DNA of 64,000 nt from Limnochordia bacterium (GCA_050951545.1 JBMNJG010000012.1:192001-256000), one strand, 5' to 3'; shown: positions 10,175 to 21,037, numbered from the stretch's first letter. A program made the numbers and translations. Notes: generated by a model not told the origin, from the sequence alone.

Positions 10175-10945
10175 TCACCGATGTAGTCGCTGCAGACCCT
10201 CCTTGGCAGCCTGTGAATTCGGGTCAAGCTGGAGAGCTCTCTCGTAGAGGTGAACGGATTCGGCGAGGAGCCCGTTTTTCTCGTATGCCATGGCGAGCAT
10301 CAGATGCATCCCCGGGTGGTGCGAGTTGAGTTGAGTTCCCACTTTGAGCACCTTCTGTGCCTCAGCAGGTCTATCGTCTGCCAGATAGAGCCGCCCCAAA
10401 TGGTAGTAGGCGTCTATCATCGGAACATATAGCTCCGCCTCGTCACCAGAAGGAGGTTCAATGAGCTGTTCGAGATGTTCGATAGCGCCATTGAGATCGT
10501 CCTTCTTCTCTGCGATCATGGCCAGACCGAACCGGGCCTTAGCGGCGCGTGGAAGGGTTGCTAGGGCGCGTTCATAGGCTGCTTGAGCTCCGGCGATATC
10601 GCCTTGGTGGAACATGACATCGCCAAGAAGACTGCTGGCCGCTTCTTCACCCAAAGCCTCAGCCTCTCGCCACAACTCAATGGCCTGCATCTCTTTCCCG
10701 ATGACATACCAAGCCATACCACCGAGCAAGCGAGCTTCAACGCTCTCAGGAGCCGCCCTCGAGGCATCTTGAAAGGCGGTAGCTGCCCACTGGGTCATGT
10801 TACCTCCAGCCAACCGGTACGCTATATCAAGGGACGATTGTGCCACCTTACTCAGCGGCTGGGCAATTCCGGTGCTAGTGGCAATCAGTATTCCCAACAA
10901 GGTGAAGAGGGTCGCCGTCTTGAACAGCGAAAGACGTGTGGACAA
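10175..10945 (-). CDS. Exported tetratricopeptide-repeat protein
   Basis: N-terminal signal-like hydrophobic stretch and several TPR-like helical repeats (AYYHLGRLY, YERALQLDP); TTG start after AGGAGG. Confidence 0.8.
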   Translation of the reverse strand: MSTRLSLFKTATLFTLLGILIATSTGIAQPLSKVAQSSLDIAYRLAGGNMTQWAATAFQDASRAAPESVEARLLGGMAWYVIGKEMQAIELWREAEALGEEAASSLLGDVMFHQGDIAGAQAAYERALATLPRAAKARFGLAMIAEKKDDLNGAIEHLEQLIEPPSGDEAELYVPMIDAYYHLGRLYLADDRPAEAQKVLKVGTQLNSHHPGMHLMLAMAYEKNGLLAESVHLYERALQLDPNSQAAKEGLQRLHR

Positions 10946-11037
10946 TGGAGTACCTCCTGTGGGTCTGAGGTGGCAAGACGTGTGAACACTTCTCCCCCAG
11001 GGCGCTGTCTCCTGCGAGCGAAATGGAAGTGAAGACT

Positions 11038-12804
11038 ATGGGTATGGATGGTCTGGTTGTTCACAGGCTTGTAGAGGAGTTGAACGAGTTGCTGCGGAAT
11101 GCGCGTCTCCATCGCGTTCTGCAGCCCAGTGCGACAACGGTGTTGCTGTTGTTGCGCCAGCCCGGCACCAATCATCTGCTTGTGCTGTGTGCCGATCCTA
11201 CGGAGCCGCGAGTGCACTTGACAGCGGGCGAGCCTCCAGCTAATCCCCCGGCGGCCCTGGGCTTTTGCATGGTGTTGCGCAAGCATTTGGAGCCTGCGCG
11301 GCTGCTCGCTGTCGAACAGCCCGGACTTGAGCGTGTCGTCACTCTTCGATTTGAGATGCGAGACAGTTCTGGCCAGCGCGCCGAGCGTCTGCTGACTACC
11401 GAGCTGATGGGGCGTCACAGCAACATGCTGTTGGTGGATCCTACGGGGCCAACGATTCTCGATGGAATACGACGTGTAAGTGCCTCGCAATCGAGATATA
11501 GGGAGGTTTACCCTGGGCGACCGTATTTGCCACCGCCGCGTCAAGACAAGGAGCATCCTTTCACGATCACAGCTGAGCGATTCTTTTTCAACTTACGGCA
11601 CACTCCGGCCCCCACGCAGATTGCCCGCGCTCTGGTCGAAGGCTACCATGGCTTGGGGCCCGACGCTGCCCGCGAAATCGTCGCGCGTGCGGGACTGCCA
11701 GTGACTGCTACTCGGGCCGAGGTGAACGCCAGCCAAGCTGAGGCACTGTGGGGTGCACTGCAGGAGATCGTGACTGGTGTAGAGACGGGGAAGGTTGAGC
11801 CTTGGGCTGCCTGTGATCCCAACGGTGGGCCTGTCAATTTCTGGGTCTTTCCCTTGACCCACGGGCCACAGGACGAGTCGGCTAAGTGCTTTGACAGCGT
11901 GAACGCTCTTCTCGACTGGTACTTCACCAAGAGGCAGCAAGAGGCGGAGCTCGAAAGAACGCGCAGCGAGCTACTTCGTGTTGTAGAGGCTGCTTTGGCT
12001 AAGGCTGAGCGGCGCGTGGGGGTTCATGAAGCGTCTTTGATGGCCTCTGAGCGTGCAGAGGAATATCGCTTGCGGGGTGAGTTACTTCTCTCCCAGCTAC
12101 ACCAGATACCAGAAGGAGTGGCCACAGCCACAGTGGCAAATTACTACGAGGAGGGAGCCAGCATACGCATAACTCTGGACCCCTCTCTGTCAGTCGCGGC
12201 TAACGCAGAGGCGTACTTCCGAAAGTACCAGAAGGCCCGCAGGGCCCGCCAGCAGGCAGAGATGCAGCTAAAGGCGTCTCGAGAGGACACTGCATACCTG
12301 CGAGGCGTTCTCGACGCCGTGCAAAGAGCGACGAACCAAAAAGACATCGATGAGATTCGTGAAGAACTGCGAGTACAGGGACTTATACCCGTCGCTCAGC
12401 GCACGTCAGCCACGCATCCACAAACCTCAGGTCACCTACGTGTACGGGCTCACGATGGAACGGAAATCCTTGTAGGAAAGAACAACAAGCAAAACGATGC
12501 CATCACCATGAAGCTTGCCAAGCCTGACGACCTATGGTTGCATGTGAAAGACGCCGCTGGAGCGCACGTTGTCGTGCGCAGCACTTCGCCGGAGATCGCA
12601 CCTGACACACTGGCCCTTGCCTTACAGCTGGCTGCGCTCCATAGCCAGGCTCGTCACTCGAGTCTCGTTCCTGTCGACTACTGCCTGCGGCGCTATGTGC
12701 GTAAACCCAGAGGAGCTAAGCCTGGTTTCGTGATCTACGACCACCACAAGACTGCTTACGTGACACCTGACAGCGACGAGGTCAAGAGGTTGCGGGCCTA
12801 TTGA
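11038..12804 (+). CDS. rqcH: Ribosome quality control protein RqcH / NFACT (FbpA/YloA) family
   Basis: MDG N-terminus, FCMVLRKHL, ELMGRHSN, YFRKYQK, VGKNNKQND, WLHVKD..GAHV, KPRGAKPGFVIY. Confidence 0.93.
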   Translation: MGMDGLVVHRLVEELNELLRNARLHRVLQPSATTVLLLLRQPGTNHLLVLCADPTEPRVHLTAGEPPANPPAALGFCMVLRKHLEPARLLAVEQPGLERVVTLRFEMRDSSGQRAERLLTTELMGRHSNMLLVDPTGPTILDGIRRVSASQSRYREVYPGRPYLPPPRQDKEHPFTITAERFFFNLRHTPAPTQIARALVEGYHGLGPDAAREIVARAGLPVTATRAEVNASQAEALWGALQEIVTGVETGKVEPWAACDPNGGPVNFWVFPLTHGPQDESAKCFDSVNALLDWYFTKRQQEAELERTRSELLRVVEAALAKAERRVGVHEASLMASERAEEYRLRGELLLSQLHQIPEGVATATVANYYEEGASIRITLDPSLSVAANAEAYFRKYQKARRARQQAEMQLKASREDTAYLRGVLDAVQRATNQKDIDEIREELRVQGLIPVAQRTSATHPQTSGHLRVRAHDGTEILVGKNNKQNDAITMKLAKPDDLWLHVKDAAGAHVVVRSTSPEIAPDTLALALQLAALHSQARHSSLVPVDYCLRRYVRKPRGAKPGFVIYDHHKTAYVTPDSDEVKRLRAY

Positions 12805-12813
12805 GCTAGCGTG

Positions 12814-14082
12814 TCACCCTAGCGCCCTGCGCGCAATGTCACGACGGTAGTGAACGCCGGGGAAATGGATAGTACTCGCGGCGTCATAGGCCATACCAAC
12901 TGCCTGTTTGATGCTGTCACTCCAGGCTGTCACTCCCAGCACCCGCCCACCTGCTGTGACGACCCTATCGCGGTCGAGGCGTGTGCCAGCATGAAAGACC
13001 TGTACTGATGGCTTGCTGGCAATTGCCGACAAGCCACTGATTGGCAGGCCGACTTCGTAGGAGCCAGGGTAACCAGCGGAGGCCAGCACTACGCAGACTA
13101 CGGCATGCTTGCTCCAGCGCACCTGTACTTCCGAGAGGCGGTTTGAGGCCACAGCCCAAAGTACTTCGAGCAGGCTGCTCTGCAGGTTGGGGATGATCAC
13201 CTGTGTTTCGGGGTCACCGAATCGACAGTTGAACTCCAGCACCTGAGGACCGCTGCTGGTAAGCATAAGCCCAGCGTAGAGCACTCCGGTGTAGGGCCTT
13301 CCCATCTGCGCCATGGCGTGAACTGCTGGTACCAAGACGCTCTGGCGTACGTGAGTCAGCATGGTCTCATCTACTCTGGGAACAGGCGTGTAGGCACCCA
13401 TGCCTCCGGTGTTGGGGCCCTGGTCTCCGTCCCATGCCGCCTTGTGGTCTTGTGAAGCCGGCATCACTACCACATCCTCCCCAGACACAAAGGCTAGCAC
13501 ACTCACCTCCTCGCCAGTGAGATACTCCTCTACGACGATGCGCTCGCCAGCCTCACCATACAGACGATCTTCCATCATCGAGGCGATGCAGGCCTCCGCT
13601 TTGGTCATGCTGTGGCAGATGCTGACCCCTTTGCCAGCAGCCAGTCCGTCGGCTTTGATCACTACGGGCACTCCGAGTTCTCGGACAGCGCGCCTGGCCT
13701 GCGCCGCACTATCACAGACGATGAAACGGGCTGTTGGAATTCCTGCGCGCATCATCATCTCCTTGGCAAAGGCCTTGCTGCTCTCTAGTTCGGCAGCTTG
13801 ACGAGTCGGGCCCATGATCGTGAGATCCCTGGCTCTGAAGGCATCAACAATGCCCTCAGAAAGAGAAGCTTCAGGTCCTACCACTGTCAGGTCTATCTGT
13901 CGGTCTTTTGCCCAATCCGCTAGCCCATCAACACTCTCTCCCACATCGCCTATGTAGCGAGCCAACTGGTTGATGCCCGCGTTCGTGCTCGTCGTCCACA
14001 GTTGCTTGACGTCTTGACTCTTAGCGAGACCCCAAGCAAGCGCGTGCTCTCGGCCACCGCCTCCGACTACCAACACTTGCAT
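12814..14082 (-). CDS. purD: Phosphoribosylamine-glycine ligase
   Basis: GGGGREHAL, KADGLAAGKGV, QDHK, GPNTGGMG, EFNCRFGDPE. Confidence 0.97.
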   Translation of the reverse strand: MQVLVVGGGGREHALAWGLAKSQDVKQLWTTSTNAGINQLARYIGDVGESVDGLADWAKDRQIDLTVVGPEASLSEGIVDAFRARDLTIMGPTRQAAELESSKAFAKEMMMRAGIPTARFIVCDSAAQARRAVRELGVPVVIKADGLAAGKGVSICHSMTKAEACIASMMEDRLYGEAGERIVVEEYLTGEEVSVLAFVSGEDVVVMPASQDHKAAWDGDQGPNTGGMGAYTPVPRVDETMLTHVRQSVLVPAVHAMAQMGRPYTGVLYAGLMLTSSGPQVLEFNCRFGDPETQVIIPNLQSSLLEVLWAVASNRLSEVQVRWSKHAVVCVVLASAGYPGSYEVGLPISGLSAIASKPSVQVFHAGTRLDRDRVVTAGGRVLGVTAWSDSIKQAVGMAYDAASTIHFPGVHYRRDIARRALG

Positions 14083-14134
14083 GGACGGCTGTGCCCCCTC
14101 TGCAAAAAATGATGTGACGCTGTGCGGGTATATC

Positions 14135-15682
14135 TCAGTGTTTGAAATGTCTCAGCCCAGTAAAGACCATGGCTATCCCTGCCTTATCGGCAGCAGCAAT
14201 CGAATCCGCATCCCGTTTGGATCCCCCAGGCTGAATGATTGATGACACGCCCGCGGCGGCTGCAGCCTGTACCACGTCATCGAACGGAAAGAAGGCGTCG
14301 GAGGCCAATGCCGCCCCACGAGCCTGCTCTCCAGCCTGGTTGATAGCGATTTGAGCAGAGAGAATGCGGCTCATCTGCCCTGCCCCTACCCCGAGTGTCT
14401 GCTGGTCACGAGCTACCACAATGGCATTGGACTTAACGTGCTTGACCACGGTCCACGCAAAGCGCAGGTCGCGCCATTCTGCGTCAGTAGGTTCTTTTGC
14501 AGTAACCACTTGCAGTTGATCGGGATCGAGATCCACAAGATCAGCATCCTGCACCAGCAAACCGCCCGGGACGCGCTTCATGTCGAGCCACAGCTTAAGC
14601 GGCTCTGCAGTGAGTTCCACGAGTCGCAGACTGGGTTTTGCACGCAGAATCTCGAGGGCTTGCGGAGTAAAAGCAGGTGCGATGATCACCTCAAGAAAGA
14701 TCTGCTTCATGAGGCTGGCGGTCTGCTCATCAACGGGACGATTGCAGGCCACAATCCCTCCGAAGATCGATACGGGGTCGGCTTCATAGGCCTTCTGATA
14801 CGCTATACTGAGCTCCTCCGCCACAGCCAGTCCACAGGGGTTCGAATGCTTCACTGCAGCCACAGCTGGCTGACTAAAACACCGAATCATCTCGACGGCA
14901 GCCGCGGCATCATGGATGTTGTTGAACGAGAGTTCCTTGCCGTGGAGCTGGCGGGCATTCGCCAGGGTGTTGCCGTTGTTCCATCCTTCTTCTCTGTAAA
15001 ACGCGGCTTTCTGGTGGGGGTTTTCACCATAGCGAAGATGCTGCTGCAGGCTGAAGCGCAGCTGGAGCTTTTGCGGGAAAGCCTGATCAGCTTCCTTAGG
15101 CGGCAGTTTCCCCTCGAGATAGGCGCTAATGGCGACATCGTATTGGGCCGAGTGGGAGAAAGCTTCCTGAGCCAGCATCAAGCGTTCAGATGACGAAGGA
15201 CCGCCAGCGCGGAGCCACGAAAGCACCGTTTCGTAGCGATCAGGATTGACTACTACCACGACATCAGGATGGTTCTTGGCCGCGGCGCGCACCATGGCTG
15301 GCCCCCCAATGTCGATGTTTTCGAGAGCTTCTTCCAGGGTTGTCTCGGCTCGGGCGACCGTGGCAGCAAATGGGTAGAGGTTCACCGCTACGATGTCAAT
15401 CGGAACGATGGATTGCGCTGCCAGGGCTTGCGTGTGTGCCGGAACGGAACGCTTGGCCAGAATACCAGCATGAATCGCTGGATGTAGTGTCTTGACGCGC
15501 CCCTCGAGGATTTCCGGAAAACCCGTCACATCGCTGACGTATTTCACTGCTACTCCTGCATTGCGCAGGACCTCGTAGGTGCCCCCCGTGGAGACTACCT
15601 CAAAGTCCATATCCGTCAGACCTCTCGCGAAATCCACAACTCCCCGCTTGTCAAAGACACTGATTAATGCTCTTCGTTTCAT
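14135..15682 (-). CDS. purH: Bifunctional AICAR transformylase/IMP cyclohydrolase
   Basis: GRVKTLHP, NLYPF, DIGGP, LRYGENPHQ, KHVKSNAIV, SDAFFPF, RHFKH. Confidence 0.97.
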   Translation of the reverse strand: MKRRALISVFDKRGVVDFARGLTDMDFEVVSTGGTYEVLRNAGVAVKYVSDVTGFPEILEGRVKTLHPAIHAGILAKRSVPAHTQALAAQSIVPIDIVAVNLYPFAATVARAETTLEEALENIDIGGPAMVRAAAKNHPDVVVVVNPDRYETVLSWLRAGGPSSSERLMLAQEAFSHSAQYDVAISAYLEGKLPPKEADQAFPQKLQLRFSLQQHLRYGENPHQKAAFYREEGWNNGNTLANARQLHGKELSFNNIHDAAAAVEMIRCFSQPAVAAVKHSNPCGLAVAEELSIAYQKAYEADPVSIFGGIVACNRPVDEQTASLMKQIFLEVIIAPAFTPQALEILRAKPSLRLVELTAEPLKLWLDMKRVPGGLLVQDADLVDLDPDQLQVVTAKEPTDAEWRDLRFAWTVVKHVKSNAIVVARDQQTLGVGAGQMSRILSAQIAINQAGEQARGAALASDAFFPFDDVVQAAAAAGVSSIIQPGGSKRDADSIAAADKAGIAMVFTGLRHFKH

Positions 15683-15696
15683 GAACTCACCCCGTC

Positions 15697-16314
15697 TTAG
15701 TCATCGCCACGAGGCAGGATCCATACACGGCGATTCCTGATGTGAAGTTGCCCTGCGGCGTACAATCGAATACAGGCTGGCAATAGCTTGTGCTCTTCCT
15801 CTAGGATACGAGTCGCCAGACTCTCTTCTGTATCATCAGGATAGACTGGCACTACCCTTTGATCGATAATGGGACCACTGTCGACGCCTTCATCGACGAA
15901 ATGAACTGTACAGCCGCTGAAGCGCACACCGTAGTCAAGCGCTTGACGCTGAGCCGCCAGGCCCGGAAACGCTGGGAGCAAAGACGGATGAATGTTTATC
16001 ACACGTTCGGGATAGCGAGCCAGGAACTCTGCAGGCAGAATACGCATGAACCCAGCTAAGACAACCAGCTCTACGCGCAGCTCTTGCAGCTTCTGAGCTA
16101 AGATGCCGAAAAAGGCGTGTCTACTCCCTGCTTGCGCCGGATCAAGCTCGAAAGTCGCTACATCGTAATGCTTGGCCGTAGCGATAGCGGGCGCTCCCGG
16201 ACGGTCTGTCGCCACCACAGCAATCTCGACAGGCAACTCACCTGCCGCCTTGGCTTTCAGCAATGCCTCCATATTGCTACCTCGCCCAGAAACGAGTATG
16301 GCGCAGCGCAACAT
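15697..16314 (-). CDS. purN: Phosphoribosylglycinamide formyltransferase
   Basis: SGRGSN, LAGFMRIL, NIHPSLLP, VDSGPII. Confidence 0.96.
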   Translation of the reverse strand: MLRCAILVSGRGSNMEALLKAKAAGELPVEIAVVATDRPGAPAIATAKHYDVATFELDPAQAGSRHAFFGILAQKLQELRVELVVLAGFMRILPAEFLARYPERVINIHPSLLPAFPGLAAQRQALDYGVRFSGCTVHFVDEGVDSGPIIDQRVVPVYPDDTEESLATRILEEEHKLLPACIRLYAAGQLHIRNRRVWILPRGDD

Positions 16315-16332
16315 CGCGTACATCCCTCACTT

Positions 16333-17376
16333 TCATGAGAAAAGTAAGCTGGAGTCGCTATCTGAGGCTTTCACGATCTCACCGATGACGAAGGCGGGAT
16401 GGCCGCTGGCTTCGATTAGCTCACAAGCACGAGCTGCCTCTTCCTCTGGAACTAGCACCACCATAGCTACGCCCATGTTGAAGGTGCGGTACATCTCCTG
16501 CATGCTAACCCCCCCACCTTTTTGGAGAAAGGCGAAGACAGGTGGAATGGGCCAACTCCCCTTTCGCACAACTGGTCGCAGACCCTTTCTCACCGAACGG
16601 GGTAGGTTCTCCGGTAGGCCGCCCCCGGAGATATTGGCGATACCATGCACCGAAACTTCGCTGATGAGCTTCATGATGGCATCGGCGTAGATTCCGGTAG
16701 GTGTCAGAAGTACCTCGCCGATGGTGGCCCCCAGTTCCTCAACGTAATGATCTACATCAAGCTGCATGGTGTCAAAAACGATACGGCGTACCAGTGAGAA
16801 TCCGCTGCTTTGCAGCCCTGTGGAGCCTATAGCGACGATCTTGTCGCCAGCTGCTACTGCTGACCCATCGATGACGTCACGCCGGTCGACGACGCCGACA
16901 GCGAAGCCAGCCAGGTCATACTCACCTTCTGCATAGAATCCTGGCATCTCGGCGGTCTCTCCGCCAATCAGGGCGCATCTTGCCTGCCGGCACCCGGCGG
17001 CCACGCCCGAGACAATTTCCTCGATCTGCGCAGGTGTGGCCTTGCCTACGGCGAGGTAGTCCAGGAAAAACAGGGGCTTGGCTCCTTGGCAGATGATGTC
17101 ATTGATGCAGTAGGCCACCAGGTCAATGCCCACGGTGTCGTGGCGATCTGCCATAAAGGCCACTTTCAGTTTCGTACCCACGCCGTCTGTGCCTGAGACT
17201 AACACGGGTTCTTTGAGATTCGACGTATCCAATGCGTAGAAGCCACCAAAGGCGCCGATATCATTGAGGACCTCTGGTCCATAGGTGCTTTGGGCGAGGG
17301 TCCGAATGCGCCGCACGGCTTCGTACCCAGCCTCAATATCCACTCCAGCGGCTTTATAGGTCATCTCATCGGACAT
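16333..17376 (-). CDS. purM: AIR synthetase (phosphoribosylformylglycinamidine cyclo-ligase)
   Basis: YKAAGVDI, GTDGVGTK, FFLDYLA, GGETAEMPG, TFNMG. Confidence 0.97.
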   Translation of the reverse strand: MSDEMTYKAAGVDIEAGYEAVRRIRTLAQSTYGPEVLNDIGAFGGFYALDTSNLKEPVLVSGTDGVGTKLKVAFMADRHDTVGIDLVAYCINDIICQGAKPLFFLDYLAVGKATPAQIEEIVSGVAAGCRQARCALIGGETAEMPGFYAEGEYDLAGFAVGVVDRRDVIDGSAVAAGDKIVAIGSTGLQSSGFSLVRRIVFDTMQLDVDHYVEELGATIGEVLLTPTGIYADAIMKLISEVSVHGIANISGGGLPENLPRSVRKGLRPVVRKGSWPIPPVFAFLQKGGGVSMQEMYRTFNMGVAMVVLVPEEEAARACELIEASGHPAFVIGEIVKASDSDSSLLFS

Positions 17377-17381
17377 TGGCC

Positions 17382-18764
17382 TCACTCCTCATCTTCCAGT
17401 ACGTCTAGCGTTGTTTGGGGCTCTCTTACCCCAACGGGATACTTGGCTGTAAAGCAAGCCGTACACAATTCTTCACCTGCCACCTGTACCGCCTTGTACA
17501 GGCCAGTAATAGACAGGTAGTGCAGACTATCCGCACCGATAAGCTGACGCACTTGCTCTTGCGTGCGGTGGGCAGCGATGAGATCATCAGCACTGGCGAT
17601 GTCGATGCCGTAGTGACACGCATGCATGAAAGGGGGCGACGCGATGACCATGTGTACCTCGCGCGCACCAGCGTCTCGAACCATCTCCACAGTTTTCCCA
17701 CTGGTGGTGCCCCGCACAATAGAATCATCGACCACGATCACGCGCTTGTTCTTCAGAAGTGCGCTGACAGGGTTGAGCTTAATGCGTACACCTTTTTGGC
17801 GCAAGGCAGGAGTTGGTTGAATGAAGGTTCTTCCTACGTAACGGTTCTTCATCAAGCCGAAATCAAAGGGCAGCCCAGATTCCTCTGCATAGCCCAGTGC
17901 TGCCGACGTACCTGAGTCAGGCGCTGGAATCACCAGGTCAGCCGCGATGCAGGTCTCTCTGGCAAGTTCGCGACCGATTGCCTTGCGGACCAGGTGTACG
18001 TTTCGCGCTCCGAGATAGCTATCAGGTCTGGCGAAGTAGATGTACTCAAAGACGCAGAACGCGGGCTGGGCTTGCTCCAACTGCCGGCTATGTATTCCTT
18101 GCGCGTCAACAACTACCAGCTCGCCAGGCGCCACATCGCGAACTGGCTCGGCACCAATGGTGTCGAAGGCGGCCGACTCAGAGGCCAGAATCGTTGCCGA
18201 ACCCTGCCTACCGATACTTAGAGGCCTGATACCTGCATGGTCTCGAAATCCGATGAGCTGCTTGTTGGTCATCAAGACCACGGAAAAGGCGCCTCGAAGA
18301 GAACTGATGGCCCCCACCACCGCCTCCTCAAACGGATCGCCAGGATGACGAGCTATGAGGTTGAGAATAAGCTCGCTGTCAGTCGTCGTCTGGAGTACCG
18401 AGCCCTCAAGCTGCAGTTGCTGGCGCAAGGAGGGTGCGTTTATGAGGTTGCCGTCATGCGCTAACGCCAGTTGGCCGTGTTGGGTGAACCCCAATAGAGG
18501 TTGAGCGTTGGCCACGTGAGGCTCACCCGCTTTGGAGTAGCGGACATGGCCGATGCTGATTGACCCAGGCATCTGAGCTACTATGTCGTCAGTGAGCACC
18601 TGAGTAACCAGGCCCATCCCCTTGCGGATACGGATGCGACGGCCATCAGATACCGCTAGACCAGCGGACTCTTGGCCTCTGTGCTGCAGGGCATAGAGGC
18701 CAAGGTAGGCGGTCTCAGCGCCCTCGTTTCCTTCAGGTGAGAAAAAGCCAATCACGCCGCACAT
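17382..18764 (-). CDS. purF: Amidophosphoribosyltransferase (Fe-S type) with altered glutamine-site residues
   Basis: Starts MCG at ATG 18764; QHRGQE, VDDSIVRGTT and Fe-S cysteines present. Has RYSKAG and AHDGNL instead of RY.TAG and AHNGNL. Confidence 0.95.
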   Translation of the reverse strand: MCGVIGFFSPEGNEGAETAYLGLYALQHRGQESAGLAVSDGRRIRIRKGMGLVTQVLTDDIVAQMPGSISIGHVRYSKAGEPHVANAQPLLGFTQHGQLALAHDGNLINAPSLRQQLQLEGSVLQTTTDSELILNLIARHPGDPFEEAVVGAISSLRGAFSVVLMTNKQLIGFRDHAGIRPLSIGRQGSATILASESAAFDTIGAEPVRDVAPGELVVVDAQGIHSRQLEQAQPAFCVFEYIYFARPDSYLGARNVHLVRKAIGRELARETCIAADLVIPAPDSGTSAALGYAEESGLPFDFGLMKNRYVGRTFIQPTPALRQKGVRIKLNPVSALLKNKRVIVVDDSIVRGTTSGKTVEMVRDAGAREVHMVIASPPFMHACHYGIDIASADDLIAAHRTQEQVRQLIGADSLHYLSITGLYKAVQVAGEELCTACFTAKYPVGVREPQTTLDVLEDEE

Positions 18765-18766
18765 AG

Positions 18767-21037
18767 TTACCTCTGCCCCCCATGGGCACGCTCGGAATGG
18801 AAGCCCTTCATGGTGTGGCGCAGGCTGTTGTTGTAGCGTTCTGCCATCGCCTCCACTGTCCAGCACAAAGGACTGCTAGCGGAGGGGTGTGTGCCTTTTT
18901 GTAGCGTAATCGTCAGCGAGTTGCCGCCTACGCGTCCAAGGGCTTCACAAGGTACAGCGTGCTGACTGGCGATCTCCTGCAGACGTGATAGATGCCTTTC
19001 GGGCAAAGAGAGCACGATGCGCGATGGCGACTCACCAAAGAGAACGGCATCAGGCCGCAGATCTTGCACTAGATCGATAGTCGCTCCTTTGCCACTCAGA
19101 ATGCAGCACTCTGCCAAGCTGACTGCCAAGCCGCCTTCCGAGCAGTCATGTGCTGAGGCGAGTAGACCCTCTTCGGCTGCAGTCAGGACAGCAGCTTGCA
19201 CTCGTTTCTCGAGATTCAGATCAAGCTGCGGGAGTTGGCCTCCCTCCAGTCCATAAACAACGGCTAGGTATTCACTTCCACCTAGCTCGGCTTTAGTGTC
19301 TCCCACAAGCGCGATCACGTGACCCTCTTGTTGCCAGCCAGCCTGTAGGTGACGCTGAGCATCCTCCAGCAGCCCCAGCATACCGATGATGGGTGTGGGA
19401 TAGATCGCCTGGCCATCAGTTTCGTTATAGAGGCTCACATTCCCCCCGGTCACTGGTATATCCAGGGCCCGGCAGGCTGCGGATATTCCCTCGACAGCTC
19501 TTCGCAATTGCGAGAAGGCCTCCGGCTTCTCCGGATTCCCGAAGTTGAGACCGTCAGTGATGCCCAATGGCTGCGCTCCCACGCACACCACGTTGCGCGC
19601 TGCTTCTGCTACAGCCATGGCAGCTCCCACGTAGGGGTCGAGGTAGCAGTAGCGAGAGTTGCAGTCAAGGGTCAACGCGATGGCTCTGCGGCTACCAGTA
19701 ATGCGTATGACCGCAGCATCACCAGCGCCGGGTCCGACGAGCGTGTTTCCTTGTGCTTCGCTATCGCACTGATCATACACCCAGCTCTTGCTGGCGATAG
19801 AGGGGCTAGCCAACAGTCGCAGCAGGCATGCATGGAGATCGTCTGTCACTGGTGGTACAGGCTGTGCCGCCAGTTCGTCTTCCCAGGCAGGTCTGGCTTC
19901 TGCAGGATAATAGCGCGGTGCTCCCTCACTGGAGAGCGAGGCTGCGGGTACCTCCGCCACCACCACATCGCCTTCACGTACGCGGAGCACTCCGTCGTCC
20001 GTGACTCTGCCGATTAGCGTAGCCTCAACACCCCATTTGGCGAAAATGGCCATAGCTTGCTTCTCGCTTCCTTTTCTGGGGATGATGAGCATCCGCTCTT
20101 GAGATTCGGAGAGCATGATCTCATAAGGTGTCATGCCCTCGTCCTTGCGCGGTACGAGAGCCACATCCAGCTCAATACCAGTACCTGCTCTAGCAGCCAT
20201 TTCTGAAGAGGAGCTAGTTAGCCCGGCGGCACCCATATCTTGGATACCCTCTACGACACCGCTAGCGATGACTTCAAGGCACGCTTCGATGAGACGTTTT
20301 CCGGTATCGGGATCACCAATGGCTACTGCATGGCTTTGCTCATGAGAGGCCTCATCCAGTTCGGCTGAGGCAAAACTAGCCCCCAAGATGCCGTCTCGTC
20401 CCGTGCGGCCGCCGGCTACTAACACTGGGTTGCCCACTCCGCGAGCACTAGCGGTGGCGATGTGTCGGTGTTCCACGACACCAACACCCATGGCATTCAC
20501 CAGGGGGTTACCTTCATAGCAAGGGTGGAAGTAGATCTCCCCACCTACGGCAGGGACATTGGCTGTGTTGGCATAGCTGCTGATACCCTCGGCAACACCG
20601 GCTACGAGAGCGCGAACGCGTTCGATATCTGGGCTACCAAAACGCAGTGAGCTCAATACGGCTATGGGCCTGGCTCCCATGGCGAAAATATCCCTTAGAA
20701 TACCGCCTACGCCAGTAGCTGCAGCAAGCACTGGCTCTATTGCAGATGGATGATTGTGGGATTCGACCTTAAAGCAGACAGCGAGTCCGTCACCGATGTC
20801 AATAATCCCTGCATTTTCCCCTAGGCCTTCGAGCAACCGATCCGACTGGGTGGGAAAGAGATGAAACAGCGTTCTGGAGTGCTTGTAGGCACAGTGCTCA
20901 GACCATAGTGCTGCGTACATACCAAGCTCTGTCCAATTGGGATCACGCCCAAGGGCATCCACTACCATCTGATATTCTTGGTCAGTGAGTCCCATCTTCC
21001 GCCAGATCCTGCCGGCCTTGATTTCCCCTACATCCAT
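18767..21037 (-). CDS. purL: FGAM synthetase, small-type PurL subunit
   Basis: WSEHC, KVESHNHPS, DMGAAGL, SESQERM, GGNVSLYN; 756 aa, no fused glutaminase domain. Confidence 0.96.
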   Translation of the reverse strand: MDVGEIKAGRIWRKMGLTDQEYQMVVDALGRDPNWTELGMYAALWSEHCAYKHSRTLFHLFPTQSDRLLEGLGENAGIIDIGDGLAVCFKVESHNHPSAIEPVLAAATGVGGILRDIFAMGARPIAVLSSLRFGSPDIERVRALVAGVAEGISSYANTANVPAVGGEIYFHPCYEGNPLVNAMGVGVVEHRHIATASARGVGNPVLVAGGRTGRDGILGASFASAELDEASHEQSHAVAIGDPDTGKRLIEACLEVIASGVVEGIQDMGAAGLTSSSSEMAARAGTGIELDVALVPRKDEGMTPYEIMLSESQERMLIIPRKGSEKQAMAIFAKWGVEATLIGRVTDDGVLRVREGDVVVAEVPAASLSSEGAPRYYPAEARPAWEDELAAQPVPPVTDDLHACLLRLLASPSIASKSWVYDQCDSEAQGNTLVGPGAGDAAVIRITGSRRAIALTLDCNSRYCYLDPYVGAAMAVAEAARNVVCVGAQPLGITDGLNFGNPEKPEAFSQLRRAVEGISAACRALDIPVTGGNVSLYNETDGQAIYPTPIIGMLGLLEDAQRHLQAGWQQEGHVIALVGDTKAELGGSEYLAVVYGLEGGQLPQLDLNLEKRVQAAVLTAAEEGLLASAHDCSEGGLAVSLAECCILSGKGATIDLVQDLRPDAVLFGESPSRIVLSLPERHLSRLQEIASQHAVPCEALGRVGGNSLTITLQKGTHPSASSPLCWTVEAMAERYNNSLRHTMKGFHSERAHGGQR

